From the NCBI GenBank assembly GCA_023515795.1, contig JALGPX010000001.1, forward strand, positions 124,001-188,000: DNA of 64,000 nt. The letters are read 5' to 3'. Every line of letters starts with the position of its first letter. Within the stretch, counting starts at the first letter, position 1. The notes below the pieces were generated by a model. That model worked only from the letters and a program-made list of their open reading frames with translations. It was not told the DNA's origin and ran no database searches. Position numbers and translations under genes: made by a program. The DNA is from Amoeboaphelidium occidentale (taxonomy: Eukaryota). Of this stretch, positions 19,698-31,762 are shown piece by piece.

Positions 19698-20129
19698 ATG
19701 TTGAAACACGCTCGCGCTTTTCTAATCCAAAGAAGACTATTCGCTTTAAGACCAGAACAGCAAAAGCTCTTTGAGGAGGCTTCAATTATAACCAAGCCTG
19801 AATTAAAAAGTCTCATCAAAGATAATCCAAATGATTTTATATTGCTTGATGTCAGGGAACCATCGGAAACTGCTCAGGGCATAATCGATAACACCAAAAT
19901 GATACCCGTCGGAGAAGTATCGAATGCTTTCAGTAATTTGTCCTTCGAGGAATTTAAGAATAGGTATGGATTCCCAAAGCCTGAAAAGGATGCGAATGTG
20001 GTCGTGTATTGCAAAGCTGGAAAACGGGCTGAAGTAGCCAAGCTGCATTTGAATCGCTTGGGATATAATCATGTTCGTAACTACGTTGGCAGCTATTCAG
20101 ACTGGGTTTCAAAGGATAATAATAAATAG
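19698..20129 (+). CDS. Single-domain rhodanese/sulfurtransferase (Rdl1/TSTD-like), probably mitochondrial
   Basis: 'LLDVREPSE', 'VVYCKAGKRA', 'NYVGSYSDW'. Confidence 0.9.
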   Translation: MLKHARAFLIQRRLFALRPEQQKLFEEASIITKPELKSLIKDNPNDFILLDVREPSETAQGIIDNTKMIPVGEVSNAFSNLSFEEFKNRYGFPKPEKDANVVVYCKAGKRAEVAKLHLNRLGYNHVRNYVGSYSDWVSKDNNK

Positions 20130-20152
20130 GAACAAATTTTTGTTAGTTTCAG

Positions 20153-22787
20153 ATGAGATTACAGCGTTTGAACCTCTTCCGAGAGCACATCAAATGGAGG
20201 ATCATTAGCGAGGATGGAAAGTATTCCATGTCCGTAGATCAGATGCCCTGTGAACGTAAAGAGTTGCAATTAGTCAAGTTTTAATGTTTTAGCGCACATG
20301 GCACTGTTAAAATCAGGAACTTTGGGCAGTGACTCCAAAGCAGACTTCTTTTATGGAGAAAATGACTCTGAGTATCGTTGGATTGCAAAGAACAATTGGA
20401 TTTATGAAGCCATAGTTGATTTACCTGAAGATTATGTTGCGTGTAACAGGTTAAGTCTGGTTTTCAAAGGATTGGATACTCGAGCAACCGTAAGGGTTAA
20501 TGACGAGATCATTGCTGAGACAGACAATATGTTTCATGAGCATTGCTTTGACTTGAGGCCTGGGCTGAAAACTATGAAGCTTTCGGTCAAGTTTCACAAT
20601 ATGATCGAGTATGCGAAGGAACAGTTTGAAGCGTTTCCGTACGTAGTTCCTGATGATTTCACGCCAGTAACTAATGGTGAAAAGCATCGGAATTACGTCA
20701 GAAAGGAACAATGCTCATTTTCATGGGACTGGGGTCCTTGTTTCTTACCATGTGGGATCTGGAATGAGGCCTTTTTGGTGTCTTACTAGCATTCTGTGTC
20801 GATATCAGCTGTTGCTCCTGTTGTAACAAAATCTAATGATTGTTGGCTTGTTACTTTGAATGCAGATTTGGTATCAGACCAGGCGGAATCTTTTGACTTT
20901 CTTGCCAAAGTATCTTGCGCTGGGATTACGAAACAAGTCTATGGAACAGTTGGCAATGGTGTATTCAGAACTTCAATTGATATTCCTTTTGATCATGTGG
21001 AGTTATGGTGGCCTAATGGTCACGGTAAACAGCCACTGTATGATTTGACTCTTGAAATTGAGTCTCATGATGTGTGGACACGCAAAATCGGTTTCAGGAC
21101 TGTTCAATTGTGTCAAGCGCTCGATGAAGATGACAACGGTTCCAGTTTCTATTTCATAGTTAATGGAAGGCCAATATTCGCTAAAGGAGCTAACTTTATT
21201 CCAGCTGATACTTTTGAGAGTAGAGTTACTCCAGAAAGGCTTCACAATCTTGTCGAGAACGCTGTTGACGCAAATATGAATATGCTCAGAATTTGGGGTG
21301 GCGGCATTTACCAACATGATGAGTTTTATGATTATTGTGATCAGTATGGTATAATGGTTTGGCAAGAGTTCATGTTTGCGTGTGCAATGTATCCAACAAG
21401 CAAACGATTCTTGGATTCTGTTGCAAAAGAGACTACTGATCAAATGAAGCGCTTGATGCACCACACTTCAATTGTTTTGTGGAGTGGTAATAACGAAAAT
21501 GAAGAAGCTCTGGTAACACAATGGTACGAGCCAGTGAAGAAGAATCCATATTTGTATGCTGTTGATTACTATAAGCTTTACTTTGAAACCATTATGCCAA
21601 TTGTTTTAAAGCTAGATCCTTCAAGAGAATTCATAGGTTCATCCCCAAGTAATGGCTTAATCAGCAAAGATCCTCTTACTGTCAGATTTAGAGTTGATAA
21701 TCCCAGGAATTTTGGAGACACTCATTACTACAATTACAAGGATTTTGGTCTTGACGTTTCAAAGTTCCCAGTCTGCAGATTTTGTTCAGAATACGGGTTC
21801 CAAGCATTTCCTTGGCCATCTTCTTTTATTGGCCCAGTAATTCCAGAAGATAAGAAAGAGTGGATGAATCCTTCATGTGATTTTCTTATTAGAAGAAATC
21901 ATCATGGAAATGGTCAGCCTGAATTAGAACATCAACTAAAGTTGTTCTTTGGTAATCAAGTTGACTTCTTGTTTAAGACTTCCGGAAACAAGGAAGTGTT
22001 CTCGAAGTATTTGTTGTTGACTCAAATTGTTCAAGCTGAGATCCTGAAAGCACAAACTGAGTTCTACCGTAGAATGATGACTTATCACTCTGGAGGTGAA
22101 ATCAAGAATCTTTTTACAATGGGTGCACTCTATTGGCAATTTAATGATATCTGGCCGGCTCCAACTTGGGCAGGCATTCAGAGTGATGGAAAATGGAAGT
22201 TGTTGCACAACTATGCAAAAGAATTCTTCAGACCTTTAATGCTTTCGTTTCATGTTGAAGACGATCATGTTAAATTGTACATTGTGAATGATGGTCCAAA
22301 TGATTTTCATTCAGCATCTGATGTCAAAATTGATGTATTTGACTTTGAGGGAACATTGAGGACTTCATTTACAATCACTCATGACAAGATCAAATCTGAA
22401 GTTAACACCAGTTCATTGATTTACGAAATGCCAAAGAAATCTTTGAAGCTAGATTCTAATCTTGTTCTTCATGCTTACTTTGCTGATGGTGATAAAGATG
22501 CTTCAAACTTTCTAGTTATGTGCCCGTTAAAGGATGCCGAAACGGGATTAAAAGATGTCAAGATCGACTTAAAAGAAAGCGCAGAGAACAAGTTTACTGT
22601 TTCATCGAAAGGTTTGGCATTGTATGTTATGCTAGATACTGAAAATCACGTTAAGGGTCGATTTCATCCCAATGGCTTCCACATGCTCCCTGGAAAGCCT
22701 GTTGAGGTTGAATTTAAATCTAATGAAATAATGAAAGTTGAGAATATTCGTTGCAATTCCCTTTACGGCTTGTTAACTGCAAAATAG
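20153..22787 (+). CDS. GH2 beta-mannosidase with one in-frame TAG (20787-20789)
   Basis: Exon 1 from ATG 20153, intron 20256-20292. Motifs 'RKEQCSFSWDWGP', 'KGANFIP', 'NMLRIWGGG', 'WSGNNENE', 'SEYGFQ', 'LYWQFNDIW'. The two track ORFs share a frame and are separated only by TAG. Confidence 0.9.
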
Positions 22788-22836
22788 AGATGCAACAATT
22801 TTTGTGATTCAAACAACACAAGTTCAGCACTTCAAA

Positions 22837-23586
22837 ATGGTACCCTTCTCCGTTCAGCCTTAAGTGCCATGCTAATTCTTTTACTTTAAAGAGTATAATG
22901 GACTATAACGGAGGCTCTGTTGTCGCAATGGTCGGCAAGGACTGTGTCGCAATTGCGTCTGACCGAAGATTTGGTGTGCAAGCAATGACACTTAACATGG
23001 AGTTCCAGAAAATATTCGAAATGAACGAAAGACTGTTTATTGGCCTGGTTGGACTTGGAACGGATGTCCAGACCCTATCCGAACTATTCCGCTTCAGAGT
23101 TAACATGTACAAGCTAAGCGAAGAGCGTGATATCAAGCCAAAGACTTTTGCGCACATGGTCTCATCTGCATTGTATGAGAAGAGGTAACTTTGTAAAGGA
23201 AGGAAGTTTAAATGTTTCAAGATTTGGTCCGTACTACTCTGAGCCGGTTATTGCTGGTCTGGATGAGAAGGCAGATGGAAAGTTTGAGCCATTCATCTGT
23301 TCCATGGACTTAATTGGGTGTATCAACTTTGCAAAGGATTTCGTAGTTAGCGGAACAGCTGCGCCTAATTTGTATGGCATGTGTGAGTCTTTATGGGAAC
23401 CGAATCTAGTAAGTTGCTCCACTTTAGCCCTTTAATTGTTAGGAACCAGAAGATTTGTTTGAGACTATTTCTCAGGCTTTGATGAACGCAGTCGACAGAG
23501 ACGCTCTTTCTGGTTGGGGCGCTGTGGTTCACGTCATTACGAAGGATGGTGTTACAACAAGAACATTAAAGGCTCGCATGGACTAA
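22837..23586 (+). CDS. PUP3: 20S proteasome subunit beta-3
   Basis: [25 protein letters not shown]...LYEKR|FGPY...[32 protein letters not shown]...KARMD*. Introns 22840-22891, 23185-23221, 23409-23442. Confidence 0.97.
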
Positions 23587-23835
23587 ACAATAAATCCTGT
23601 CTAAGCTCAAGCTCTGAAGTAGTAGGCACAAAAAATGTTAATAAAAATTCTGCGAGTTACTTGTAATTGGAAGGTAAGTATATGATACTGTTAAGTGTGA
23701 TAAAAGAGCTAACTGTTAGCTATGATCAAGGGCAGCTATCCCATGGAAAAGATCAAACGAGTTACACTCTGAAGTCCCTCCGGAAGACAGCTAAACGACG
23801 CTGTAACTCTTAGAATACTTCTTTCCAACAATAAG

Positions 23836-24589
23836 ATGCCAAAATCAAAAAGATCAAAGTTGGGTAAGTTCTATCAAAGAATATCATGCCATTAACTCAT
23901 TAGTTCACTTGACCAAGACCGAAAAGCACGGCAAGGAACACAAAGAGTCTTTGATCAACCAGCTACACGAAGCTTGTGACGCTTACAACCACATTTACAC
24001 GTTCAAAGTATCAAATATGCGCAACGTGTTTTTGAAGGAAATTAGAGAAGAATGGAAAGGTAAAGGGCGAATTGTGATGGGCAAGAACAGAGTTATGCAG
24101 GCTGCATTAGGAAAAGGCGAAGAGACGGCGTATTTGCCAAATTTACACGAAATGGATGTTTCTGGCACGATCGGATTGCTCTTCACGAACGCTGAACCTG
24201 AAGAAGTCTGTGCTTATTTTGATGCTTTCGAAAGGAAAGATTACGCTCGTGGAGGTTCAAAAGCTGCATATAGTGTCGTTCTGCCAGAGGGACAAGTTAT
24301 GCTGGGCGCTGATGAATTTCCACCAAGTATGGAGACTCAATTGAGAAAATTAGGCGTACCATCGATCCTCAAGGCTGGTAAAGTTATTCTTAATGGGGAG
24401 TACACCATTTGTAAAGAAGGCGAAACATTGAACCACGAGCAAGCAAAGTTATTGAAGATGTTTTATCACGAAATGGCTGTGTTCAAAGTCACTGTTCTTC
24501 AGCATTACACTGCCGGTTCTGTAGAAACGATAAACGAGCAGACAGCTGAAGATCAAGCTGTAGAAAGCGAAATGATCATAGAGCAATAA
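23836..24589 (+). CDS. MRT4: Ribosome assembly factor Mrt4
   Basis: MPKSKRSKL|VHLTKT (intron 23864-23903), 'NMRN', 'GKNRVMQAALG', 'QLRKLGVP'. Confidence 0.95.
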
Positions 24590-24645
24590 ACTGAGGTTTT
24601 ATTCGTTTTCGGTCTTTCTTGTGTGGTTTAGGAGTCTATATAGTG

Positions 24646-26638
24646 CTACAATTCTTCTGCCAAAGCATCCAAGAAGGCAACTACAAAGTTCTTTCCGACT
24701 TCATTGTTTAGTACGCCTTCTTTTACAGCTTCACTAAGGCTTGCTACAAGTCTCTTCCGTTTCAAAGACCCGACATTCAAACCATCAAAGCTCAAGTTTG
24801 ACATGTTTGTTGGAGCTGTGGCGGAGCTTTTTGCAGGAGCACTGGCATTTAAGTTGTTCCGCATATTTGTGTCATATAAATCTCCTAGATTAACATCGCG
24901 GGACGTAGAGTATCCAATCTTTGAACTGTATTTGATTCCATTTGACATTTGACTCTGTTCAAACTTTGAAATGTTAAACAGTGTTCCTCGTGGTTTATAG
25001 AGTCCATCGTCACCTTCGTCCTCCTGACTTGAATAGTTTCTTCTCCTAGTTGCCTGTGCTGATGTTGACTGCATGGTATTCAATGCTGGTTCTCGTCTTC
25101 TACTCCTCAGAACAACGCCGTCTTCACTAGAAACACTGCTCAATCTCGGTCTCGGAGACATTGCTTGCTTTCTAGATGCACCATCTGTAAAAGAAATTGT
25201 GTTGAATCTTTTCTTTGGTGGTCTGCCCCGTTTTCTAACGACAGGTTCAGCATTCAGATTCTCGTCTTCAGGGGATGAACTTGAAGATGATGACGATGAC
25301 AGCTCTGAAAGAGGAGAAGAATCTTCTAAAGGATTGTGTGTGATGGCTGATGAATTAAGAGCTGGAGGGTTCTGATTGTTCTGCGCGAATGTGCCTTTTG
25401 TTCCGTTATTTCCCTCAGTAGAACGGCTTTTGCGAGGCCGGCCTCTTTTTCTCTTAGTTACCGCTGTTCCTGTTACAGCTTGATCACGGTTAAATACATC
25501 ATATCCTTCTTGTGCTCCATTTGATCCAACTGTATTTACAGAAGCTCTATCTTTTGCCTCTTTTGGAATCTTCACCCTGATCATAGTGTCACTTTCATTT
25601 CCCATTCCTTCACCACCACTTCCAAGATCAGAAACACCGCTGTAAGACATTGTCGCAGGCAAGAAAGGAAGAAGGCGGACATCTTTTCCATGCAAGACCT
25701 GCTTTAACTCATCATAGTATGGACACACAGCTCTCGCCCTTTCCATAGCCAATTCATCATCAGAATTTGTAGCTGAAAGAATCTGCTCTGCTTTTATATA
25801 CTGCTGAACTAATGACGTGAGCTTATATCTTATTTGCATAACTTTGAATTGAGTTGGGACAGCTTGTGCGTTCGCAGAGATATTCAGCTTGTCAGTTCCA
25901 GAGGGATAGTTCGAATACCCAGTAGAGCTATTGCTGTTGGCTTCATTATTCGATACGAACCCGTTGGCGTCAGTTGAGGTATTTTTGCCATCATCCTTCT
26001 CAGTGTAATTCGATTCATCAGAGTATGATTGAGCTTGTGTATTAGCTTTCCTATAGCTCACAAGATATGAATTAAATTCCTCATAAATGTCACTCTTTTT
26101 AACATTGCCACCTTCACCAATGAGATCTTCATACTTCAGTTCCAAATATTTTATCAGGGCCAGAATATCATCGTTGGACCATTGCTTTAGCTTTCCTTGC
26201 GATTTACTGGGAGATTGTGTAGCTGGAGTAGAAACTGAAGTTGAGGGATTTCTAGCCGGAGTATTCCTACTTCTTGAAGCGCTTAAAGTGCTGTTATTTC
26301 TTGTATTGCCTTCTCTGATATCATCTGATTTATTCTGTGCTATTGATGAATCTTTGCTGGGGGTAATCAGAACTTCTTTGACCATCTGCTGCTTCAGCAA
26401 AGAGTCTCTTGAGTCATGATCTTTGATGTGCTCTCCTGTAAATACATCTTCCTGATGNNNNNNNNNNNNNNNNNNNNNTTGATGAATCTTTGCTGGGGGT
26501 AATCAGAACTTCTTTGGCCATCTGCTGCTTCAGCAAAGAGTCTCTTGAGTCATGATCTTTGATGTGCTCTCCTGTAAATACATCTTCCTGATGCTGCTCT
26601 TCAGGAAGCTCTGGTTTAAATTGTTCATCAGCCGACAT
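24646..26638 (-). CDS. AT-hook and Myb/SANT-like DNA-binding protein (5' region interrupted by gap/duplication)
   Basis: 'WSNDDILALIKY...QIRYKLTSLVQQY...CPYYDELKQV' is Myb/SANT-like; AT-hooks 'KRKRGRPRK' and 'RKRGRPPK'. Confidence 0.65.
26343..26593. repeat. 115-bp duplication flanking N gap 26458-26478; probable assembly overlap
   Basis: 26343-26457 matches 26479-26593 with one substitution (ttgacc/ttggcc). Confidence 0.9.
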
Positions 26639-26689
26639 TGTTGCACAAAGCTGAGAAAAATTGTTTGGGAGTAGGCTAGAAGATTTACT

Positions 26690-29542
26690 CTATTTTTCCC
26701 AAAAGCTTCCATTGCATACACACTTAAAGGGCTGTGAAGTGTCCAGGTTCATTGCATACTCACTCAGGCTCGCTTTGCTATGACTCGCTTTTTGTCCGCA
26801 AGAATTGCATTTAAGTCCTTTAGATAAAGGCAAGTTCGTAAATACATCATTCTTAGTTCCTCTGAATAATCGCTCATCATTAAATAGCATGAATGCATTT
26901 ATGCTGGGCGGCGAGAAAACTCCATTCACAGCAAAGTATGACAAAATTGTGCTGTTCACTTTTAAAATGTATTCAGCAGGCAATTCTGAAGTTCTAATAT
27001 CTTCTGAGTTGTTGGTAGAACTATTTAAGGGAATCCTGTCAATGTCTTGTAACAAATCAAGCGCTGAATCGATTCTTATTCGAGACCGTGCCAGAGAAAT
27101 TTCCATATACTTGGCCATTACTTTATGCTGTGAGCTTAAATGAATTTTCAAGAACTTTATCAGGAGTAATAATTTTTCCAGTAGTGATCTAACAAATGGG
27201 TTTAAAAGAGGATTCTTCCAGTTCCAAACATCAGAATCTTGCACAGGTTTTCGTGCTCCATTGTTCGGTATTATACCAAAACTGTTTCCTTCATTTAAAG
27301 TCAAATACATCGACTTTAGCAGGAACGCCAATGCATCAAGGACAAATATGGAAAGACTTGTCAAAATGTACAGACGATCTTCCTTGAATTGGAATGAATG
27401 AATCGAATCATCGCTTAAATCCAAAGATTTGAAACTTCCAGTAATATTATCAAACAGAGTCTCTAGGGGCTCTAATCCTTCAATTGAATCCAAAAAGACA
27501 GTCTTTGCATTATAAAGTTTAAGTACAATAAAGTATCCAGAAGATGACATTATGGAATCTCTAGTTTTTGGCGATTGTAGTAACAAGGAACACCTGTACT
27601 GCACAGAAAGTATACGCAAGCATAACACAGACAGATCCTCATTAAGCCCCGCCCGTCGTGGATCTGAATAGGTATACAATAATTGGGCATCCTGTTTCGG
27701 TAAAAGATAGGAATAGATTTTTCCAAACAATTCATCAAGAATGAGGTTTGCCATTTTCGATGCATTAAACTGATCACTAATAGTATATGAGGTGTCATTC
27801 TCTGCCATAATTATCCTAAGAGAATGCTCTATATCTTGCAGATCTTTTGAATTGATAATAGCCAAAGAAAACATCGCAGCAAGTCTCTCAATGATTACAT
27901 CTTTCGGCAGTAATATATTTGGTAAAGGATAAAAGACTGTTTTCCTTCCGAATTTATGCTCTAGAGTTTCATTAGCTTCTGTGAATTCAATATCAGACTC
28001 GTTATCAGAAATTTGCATCTCCTCTGCGCTGCCTTCCACTGTTTCAGGAAGAGGCATTAATTCACCGATTAGACCTATTTTACTCATCGATAAGCAGCTT
28101 GAAACTAAACATACAGAATTCGGTCCATTGCGCAAAGGTAAAGACCGAAGTAATCGAAGGTCTGCGCAATCTCTTAGCTCCAAATTGCCATTCAGAAAAC
28201 TCAGACACATAATATAACTTTCTAAAGTCTCAGAGGAAAGTAGCGGAGAAAGAATGTGAACATCAATGGGTATGGATTCAAATAAAGATTGACTTATCAA
28301 GCAGAAGTTTGGCCTTTTGTTTCCTGACACCATTCCCCAGATTGCACCATGTACTCTGTTTGATCCCAAAGTATCACAGCTACGATGAACGCTCAGCAGC
28401 TTTAATCCCCCTTCATGCTGTGGCACCTGTAAAAAGTCTAGCCGTGAAACTTTGATCGTTTCTGTAGGAGCCGTGCTTAAAGTCAAGGAGCGATAAGTCT
28501 CAATAGATAAGTTCCGCTTGATAACATCAACAGAAATATGCATTATCTGAATTTCATTGCAAATATTGTCATGCTTTCCGTCTGTCCGTTTCAATATGTA
28601 TGCAGCATTTACTCCACCAGTAGAAGAGGGCCGTAAAACGCTTGAGTCTATAATGTGTGTTTCCGGTAGATTTAGTGATTTCGACAGGCATGAAAAAGAA
28701 AGAGTTCCATCACTTTTTGGACCATGCAAGTATAAATTGATATTACCATTATCGTTAAGTGCGATGAATGACAATGAGCCAAACATGGAAGTTCCTGTCT
28801 GTCCTTTCCCTAATCGAGGCTTCTTTCCCGTATCTCCAGACGAATGACCATCTGAGTGATATTCCCTGTGCCTGAGTAACCACGTGAAACTTGAAACTCG
28901 TTGGCCAGTCTCGATAGTGTAAATGTGCGACACCTCTCCAAGAATGTTAGATAAGCGCCATAAAGAAACATCCCCAGAATCGTCAACCAACGCAAAATGT
29001 GTTCCATCGTCGTGCCATGCCATATCTTTCAGAATTTGACTCTTCTTGTGATGACTTTGATAGTTCAAATGCTCTTCGTCGTTGAGACTAACTCTTTTAA
29101 GCGTGGGCTTCAAATTAACCTCCTCGCAAGCAGCCTTCAAACACCACAGGGACACCAGTGACCGCCCATTAGAATAGTCTACGAAGAAAGCCGCATTTAG
29201 CTTCGGGCTAGCACGGCAGAAGTTCAGGTCGACATTAAGCCTTTCAGACAAATCGAATTCACGCGGGTTAACTTGAGCAGAATCGCCATTTAGAGGCTTC
29301 AAAGCGTATAAATGCTCCGACGTATTCGACGATGAAAGGTTAATTCCCAGCCCAGAAACTGCACTCTTGTTTTTACTGCTGCTTGGACTAGAAGCGAAAT
29401 CTAAGGATACTTCGTCATCAATAGAGACACCATTCATCTTGCCCTCGCTATTGCTATTCTTTGTGAATATTCCGCCAGTGCCGTCATTGCTTTCTTCCCC
29501 AAATAGAAATGTGTCCGTGTTGAAGAAGTCTTCAAAGTTCAT
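26690..29542 (-). CDS. MED16: Mediator subunit Med16/Sin4-like
   Basis: WD40-like 'MAWHDDGTHFALVDDSGDVSLWRL', helical middle, terminal 'CNSCG...CVCNGSFW' zinc motif. First ATG at 29542. Confidence 0.7.
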   Translation of the reverse strand: MNFEDFFNTDTFLFGEESNDGTGGIFTKNSNSEGKMNGVSIDDEVSLDFASSPSSSKNKSAVSGLGINLSSSNTSEHLYALKPLNGDSAQVNPREFDLSERLNVDLNFCRASPKLNAAFFVDYSNGRSLVSLWCLKAACEEVNLKPTLKRVSLNDEEHLNYQSHHKKSQILKDMAWHDDGTHFALVDDSGDVSLWRLSNILGEVSHIYTIETGQRVSSFTWLLRHREYHSDGHSSGDTGKKPRLGKGQTGTSMFGSLSFIALNDNGNINLYLHGPKSDGTLSFSCLSKSLNLPETHIIDSSVLRPSSTGGVNAAYILKRTDGKHDNICNEIQIMHISVDVIKRNLSIETYRSLTLSTAPTETIKVSRLDFLQVPQHEGGLKLLSVHRSCDTLGSNRVHGAIWGMVSGNKRPNFCLISQSLFESIPIDVHILSPLLSSETLESYIMCLSFLNGNLELRDCADLRLLRSLPLRNGPNSVCLVSSCLSMSKIGLIGELMPLPETVEGSAEEMQISDNESDIEFTEANETLEHKFGRKTVFYPLPNILLPKDVIIERLAAMFSLAIINSKDLQDIEHSLRIIMAENDTSYTISDQFNASKMANLILDELFGKIYSYLLPKQDAQLLYTYSDPRRAGLNEDLSVLCLRILSVQYRCSLLLQSPKTRDSIMSSSGYFIVLKLYNAKTVFLDSIEGLEPLETLFDNITGSFKSLDLSDDSIHSFQFKEDRLYILTSLSIFVLDALAFLLKSMYLTLNEGNSFGIIPNNGARKPVQDSDVWNWKNPLLNPFVRSLLEKLLLLIKFLKIHLSSQHKVMAKYMEISLARSRIRIDSALDLLQDIDRIPLNSSTNNSEDIRTSELPAEYILKVNSTILSYFAVNGVFSPPSINAFMLFNDERLFRGTKNDVFTNLPLSKGLKCNSCGQKASHSKASLSEYAMNLDTSQPFKCVCNGSFWEK

Positions 29543-29659
29543 TGGCGCAAAATCAGCTGCAAGAGCGAACTTGTTTGAAGTCTTGGAACTTCTCAGACGT
29601 CCCGGTCTAAAACTCTTACACGAGAGATATCTGTTCAAGATTTTTTTTATTTGATATTC

Positions 29660-30409
29660 TTATTGAACGAGGAATGAAGAGGTATCGAATGCAAATGTTT
29701 GTCCCATGCTGCCAAAGTCCATCATGTTCATGTGCGATACTGCATTCATCACATTGCTGCTGGCATTCTGTGAAACATTTCCGAATACTTTTGCGTATTT
29801 TCTTCTTGCTTTAATATTTTCAAGTTCGCGTTTGAGTCTTACAATTAGTTCTGTCTTCTTGCCAGCGCCAGACAAACCGCATTTCTTTAAGAGCGCTTTT
29901 AACTCGTGAACTGTGACATCCTCAAAGTTCAGAGATTCAATGTCTTGTTGTAACGAAGAGAGAGTGTATGTTTCTCGCTCTCGCTTTCTCTTCACTGGCA
30001 TAATTGGTAACACCATTTGCTTCTTCTCAAGATATTGTTGCGCTTCTTGCTCCTGCTCCTGTTGAACATGCTGATCAAACATGGTATCCATAAATTCCGG
30101 AACACATTCAAAGATATAACTTGGAGTTTCATTTAGTAAATCCGCCTGTTCATAGACTTGTGCTGTAGGTTGCTCGCCATGAAACATGTTCAAAGTGAAC
30201 TGATCGACTAAATCAGTCATGCTAGGCTCTTTGTTAAGCATTGTGCAGTTATTCATATCAATGTCGAGTTCCGGAACGGTATCAAATATAGACTCCTCAT
30301 TCCATTTGGTGTCTATCGCTTCAGGCTTTTCTGGTGTCGCATGGAACGCTGACCACAAAAAGTCTTCGATAGTGACTTCGCCGTTGCTTGCAGGAAAGTA
30401 AGAGTCCAT
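29660..30409 (-). CDS. SAP-domain protein
   Basis: 'VTVHELKALLKKCGLSGAGKKTELIVRL' SAP motif, preceded by NLS-like 'KRKRE'. Confidence 0.8.
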   Translation of the reverse strand: MDSYFPASNGEVTIEDFLWSAFHATPEKPEAIDTKWNEESIFDTVPELDIDMNNCTMLNKEPSMTDLVDQFTLNMFHGEQPTAQVYEQADLLNETPSYIFECVPEFMDTMFDQHVQQEQEQEAQQYLEKKQMVLPIMPVKRKRERETYTLSSLQQDIESLNFEDVTVHELKALLKKCGLSGAGKKTELIVRLKRELENIKARRKYAKVFGNVSQNASSNVMNAVSHMNMMDFGSMGQTFAFDTSSFLVQ

Positions 30410-30643
30410 ATTGTTATTGTTGAAACTAGATTATGAGAAGTTTATCCATCTTATTTATACAGACGCGGTTAAGCCATTATCTCAGATTTGATTGGTTACG
30501 ATTAGCGACAAGGGCATAATTAATTTCCATCAACAGGAGAGGGACGATAAGGGCCGATTGTAACGTCAGCTGCTGATCGTGATAATGCTAACGTATAGGA
30601 TGGCTACGAAGCACTTGTAACATTTCTGATTTTTTCGCACGTC

Positions 30644-31560
30644 ATGGAAGAGCCAATTGATGATATTTTGCCCGAGAAAGAAATAGAAGACGAAGAAGGT
30701 GGACCTGGAGCAGCTGACTATACGATGTTTATGAAAAATACCGTGAAATTAAGCGTGAATTCTGCCGCAGTGAGAATGGAGCAACCAAAAGATCATTATC
30801 CTGATTATACTTTGGAGCAACAAGCACTGATAGAACGTGCCAACAAGGCCATGATCGATATCATCTCGGAACCGCGTAGTTGTGCAATGTATGATGATAT
30901 TCTTTCGTGTTATTGATTTTTAGTAAAAGCGTATGTGAAGGCTTTTGGTTGAATGATAAGCAATTGGCCGCGGTCACGAAGACTAAAGGCAATCAGATGA
31001 ACACCTTGGGATTCTCGGCTGATAAAGGGCGACTCTATCTGCATCCTATAGAATGCCTGTACATGTTTGAGAGAGGGAGTTTAATTCTTTATGGCCCATC
31101 ACAACTCTCGCATAGAGCAGTATTCTCGCTTACTATAAAAAGCACGCAAGATTTGGAAAAATACTTGATTTACGCTTACTTGAAACGTTTGGGATACGTT
31201 GTTAGAATTCCTGAAGAAGATCAACGAATAATACAAGATGATGGTGAATTTTACTCGACGCCATGTGTTGCAAACGATGGAATATGCCCGGAACAGGAAG
31301 AGTTGTTAGAACGATTCCGTTTGGTAAAGACCAAGAAAGCTACTAAAACACTGGAAATCGACTTCATTATTTACAAACCTGGCTCAGGGTTCTCCAAGAG
31401 AAACCCAGGACAAATTGACTTTTATGTTAAAGTGTGCAGTTTCAGTCGAGAAGGAGAGTTTATGCAAGTTAGCAAATTTACTCATAAACAGTTAAAGCTG
31501 GCGATCATATGCAATGGTAGCATATCGTTTCTTGGTAATTCTAGATATCATAAGAAATAA
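30644..31560 (+). CDS. SEN54: tRNA-splicing endonuclease subunit Sen54-like
   Basis: 'LYLHPIECLYMFERGSL', 'YLIYAYLKRLGYVVR', 'YKPGSGFSKRNPG'. Intron about 30889-30923. Confidence 0.8.
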
Positions 31561-31762
31561 ATCGTTTGTTATTATCGGAGATGGACCATCGTATTTCTGG
31601 TCTGTGCAGCATGATCTCGTACTACGGAAGATTGTGAAACATTCCTGAAACCGAATACACAATTTGTCGAATCACGAATCATTATGGTCAACTTTCAGAC
31701 AGATCTGTTTCATGATCATAGTACAAGAGAAAGAGAATTTTTGTTCCATTATATTTTCACTA

